Shown here piece after piece: positions 56,699 through 57,418 of a DNA stretch of 57,418 nt. Position 1 is the first letter of the stretch. Every line of letters begins with the position of its first letter. Made by a program: the position numbers and the translations under genes. A model generated the notes under the pieces. That model searched no databases. It saw nothing but the letters and a program-made list of their open reading frames with translations, and had not been told where the DNA came from. The stretch spans positions 1-57,418 of the forward strand of contig CADBTU010000036.1 of the NCBI GenBank assembly GCA_902797625.1. The letters run 5' to 3'. This stretch comes from an uncultured Bacteroidota bacterium (GTDB lineage Bacteria; Bacteroidota; Bacteroidia; Bacteroidales; WCHB1-69).

Positions 56699-56775
56699 AG
56701 GGTTGAAATTCTTCTCTCTGGACGAAATATGGACGGATTTCCTTGCTGCTTTGTGGTATTATGGGAGACGCTCCA

Positions 56776-57418
56776 CTATTTCACGAAAACAGCATAAGAA
56801 GCGCTGTAGGTGCTTGAGGTCGAGAGATTCACATTGGTGTTATTCTTCAGCAAAACAGCTTTTCTCAAATGTGAGGTGTTAATCCCCGCAATGTAAATAT
56901 CACTGCCATGAACAAACACATCTTTGGGACTTTGACATGCTGGCAATTTGGTTACTTGCTCATTATACCATGCGAACCCTTGGTAGCTGCCAGTCCATGC
57001 ATCGCCAATCCATCCTTCTAACACTACGTAAGGTTTGCCGTTCAACTCGGCAACAGCTACAGCTCTGGACACCATGCCTGTGTTGACTTGTATATCGCGA
57101 ATGGCACCGTTAACCCACATCACGGATTTATGGAAACCCTCATAACCTGGACTTTGATACTCCTCGCTGCCTACCACATAAACGGTGTTGCCAATAACAC
57201 AAACGTCGCGGGCACCAGCGGGTTTGTCTGACAATATTTGCAATGTGCCGTTTTTCCACAGGTAAGCACCATCGCCATCCCCCTCATGCAGATATTTAGT
57301 GCCTACCACATAAATATTGTTCCCAGAGACAAAAATAGCATTAGCCTTGATAAGTGAGTATTGATCATTGGAATTGACGGGTAGTTGAACCATCTGACCA
57401 TCAACCCAATAGACGGGT
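56776..57418 (-). CDS. Repeat protein with ~45-aa beta-propeller-like 'WxNG ... (V/I)Y(V/I)xG' units (C-terminal part; 5' end off right edge)
   Basis: The track ORF starts at Met 57393. The same frame stays open to the window edge (PVYWVDGQ-MVQLP...) and continues the repeat. Units include YWVDGQ..NNIYVVG, YLWKNGT..NTVYVVG, VMWVNGA..GKPYVVL and FAWYNEQ..SDIYIAG. Confidence 0.65.
   Translation of the reverse strand, partial: PVYWVDGQMVQLPVNSNDQYSLIKANAIFVSGNNIYVVGTKYLHEGDGDGAYLWKNGTLQILSDKPAGARDVCVIGNTVYVVGSEEYQSPGYEGFHKSVMWVNGAIRDIQVNTGMVSRAVAVAELNGKPYVVLEGWIGDAWTGSYQGFAWYNEQVTKLPACQSPKDVFVHGSDIYIAGINTSHLRKAVLLKNNTNVNLSTSSTYSASYAVFVK

Noticed and set aside
56658-56882. 74-aa + strand ORF.
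   Set aside because: Its first half is an out-of-frame reading of the transposase relic. Its second half is antisense to the repeat-protein gene.
1-57418. Visual search for CRISPR arrays, tRNA genes (T-loop GGTTCGAAT-like strings), rRNA, tmRNA and RNase P signature strings.
   Set aside because: I found none by eye. A proper tRNAscan/Infernal run is still needed, because a manual scan of 57 kb can miss small RNAs.

Overview
This window looks like a mostly ordinary, densely packed core-chromosome region from a low-GC Bacteroidota (Bacteroidales-like) genome. The phylum call rests on three things. TAnnTTTG -7 promoter boxes sit 20-55 nt upstream of many start codons (about 110 nt for one). Shine-Dalgarno sequences are absent. 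Several phylum-typical families are present: S46 dipeptidyl-peptidase, GWxTD, DUF2851-like, DUF4301-like, a BatA-type N-terminal anchor and a PorT-like barrel; family names are from memory. I support about 45 protein-coding genes. They cover translation and tRNA modification (argS, glyQS, prfB, tsaD, mtaB) and replication and repair (holB, recR, a RecD-like helicase). They also cover envelope and lipid synthesis (kdsB, pssA, a PlsC-like acyltransferase, an RfaE-type kinase, a small sugar transferase, an MMPL-like exporter and a MOP flippase). Polyamine metabolism is represented by speB and nspC. Further genes are methylmalonyl-CoA mutase, thioredoxin-like proteins, peptidases and several secreted or membrane hypotheticals. 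I found no rRNA, tRNA or CRISPR array, and no obvious defence island. The ORF track misses three things: a 5'-partial-free porin-like gene running off the left edge (1..1470, minus), the +1 programmed frameshift that joins the two parts of prfB (49014..50097), and a repeat-protein gene running off the right edge (56776..57418, minus). Many track starts are TTG codons rendered as M; I re-picked ATG starts using promoter position and family N-termini. I cannot point to a clearly novel system. The best candidates for follow-up are an uncharacterised QueC-like PP-loop/4-Cys enzyme tightly coupled to argS, a DUF4301 (nucleotidyltransferase-like) plus flippase pair within an envelope cluster, three structured intergenic elements, and an internally deleted IS4-type transposase relic at the right end.
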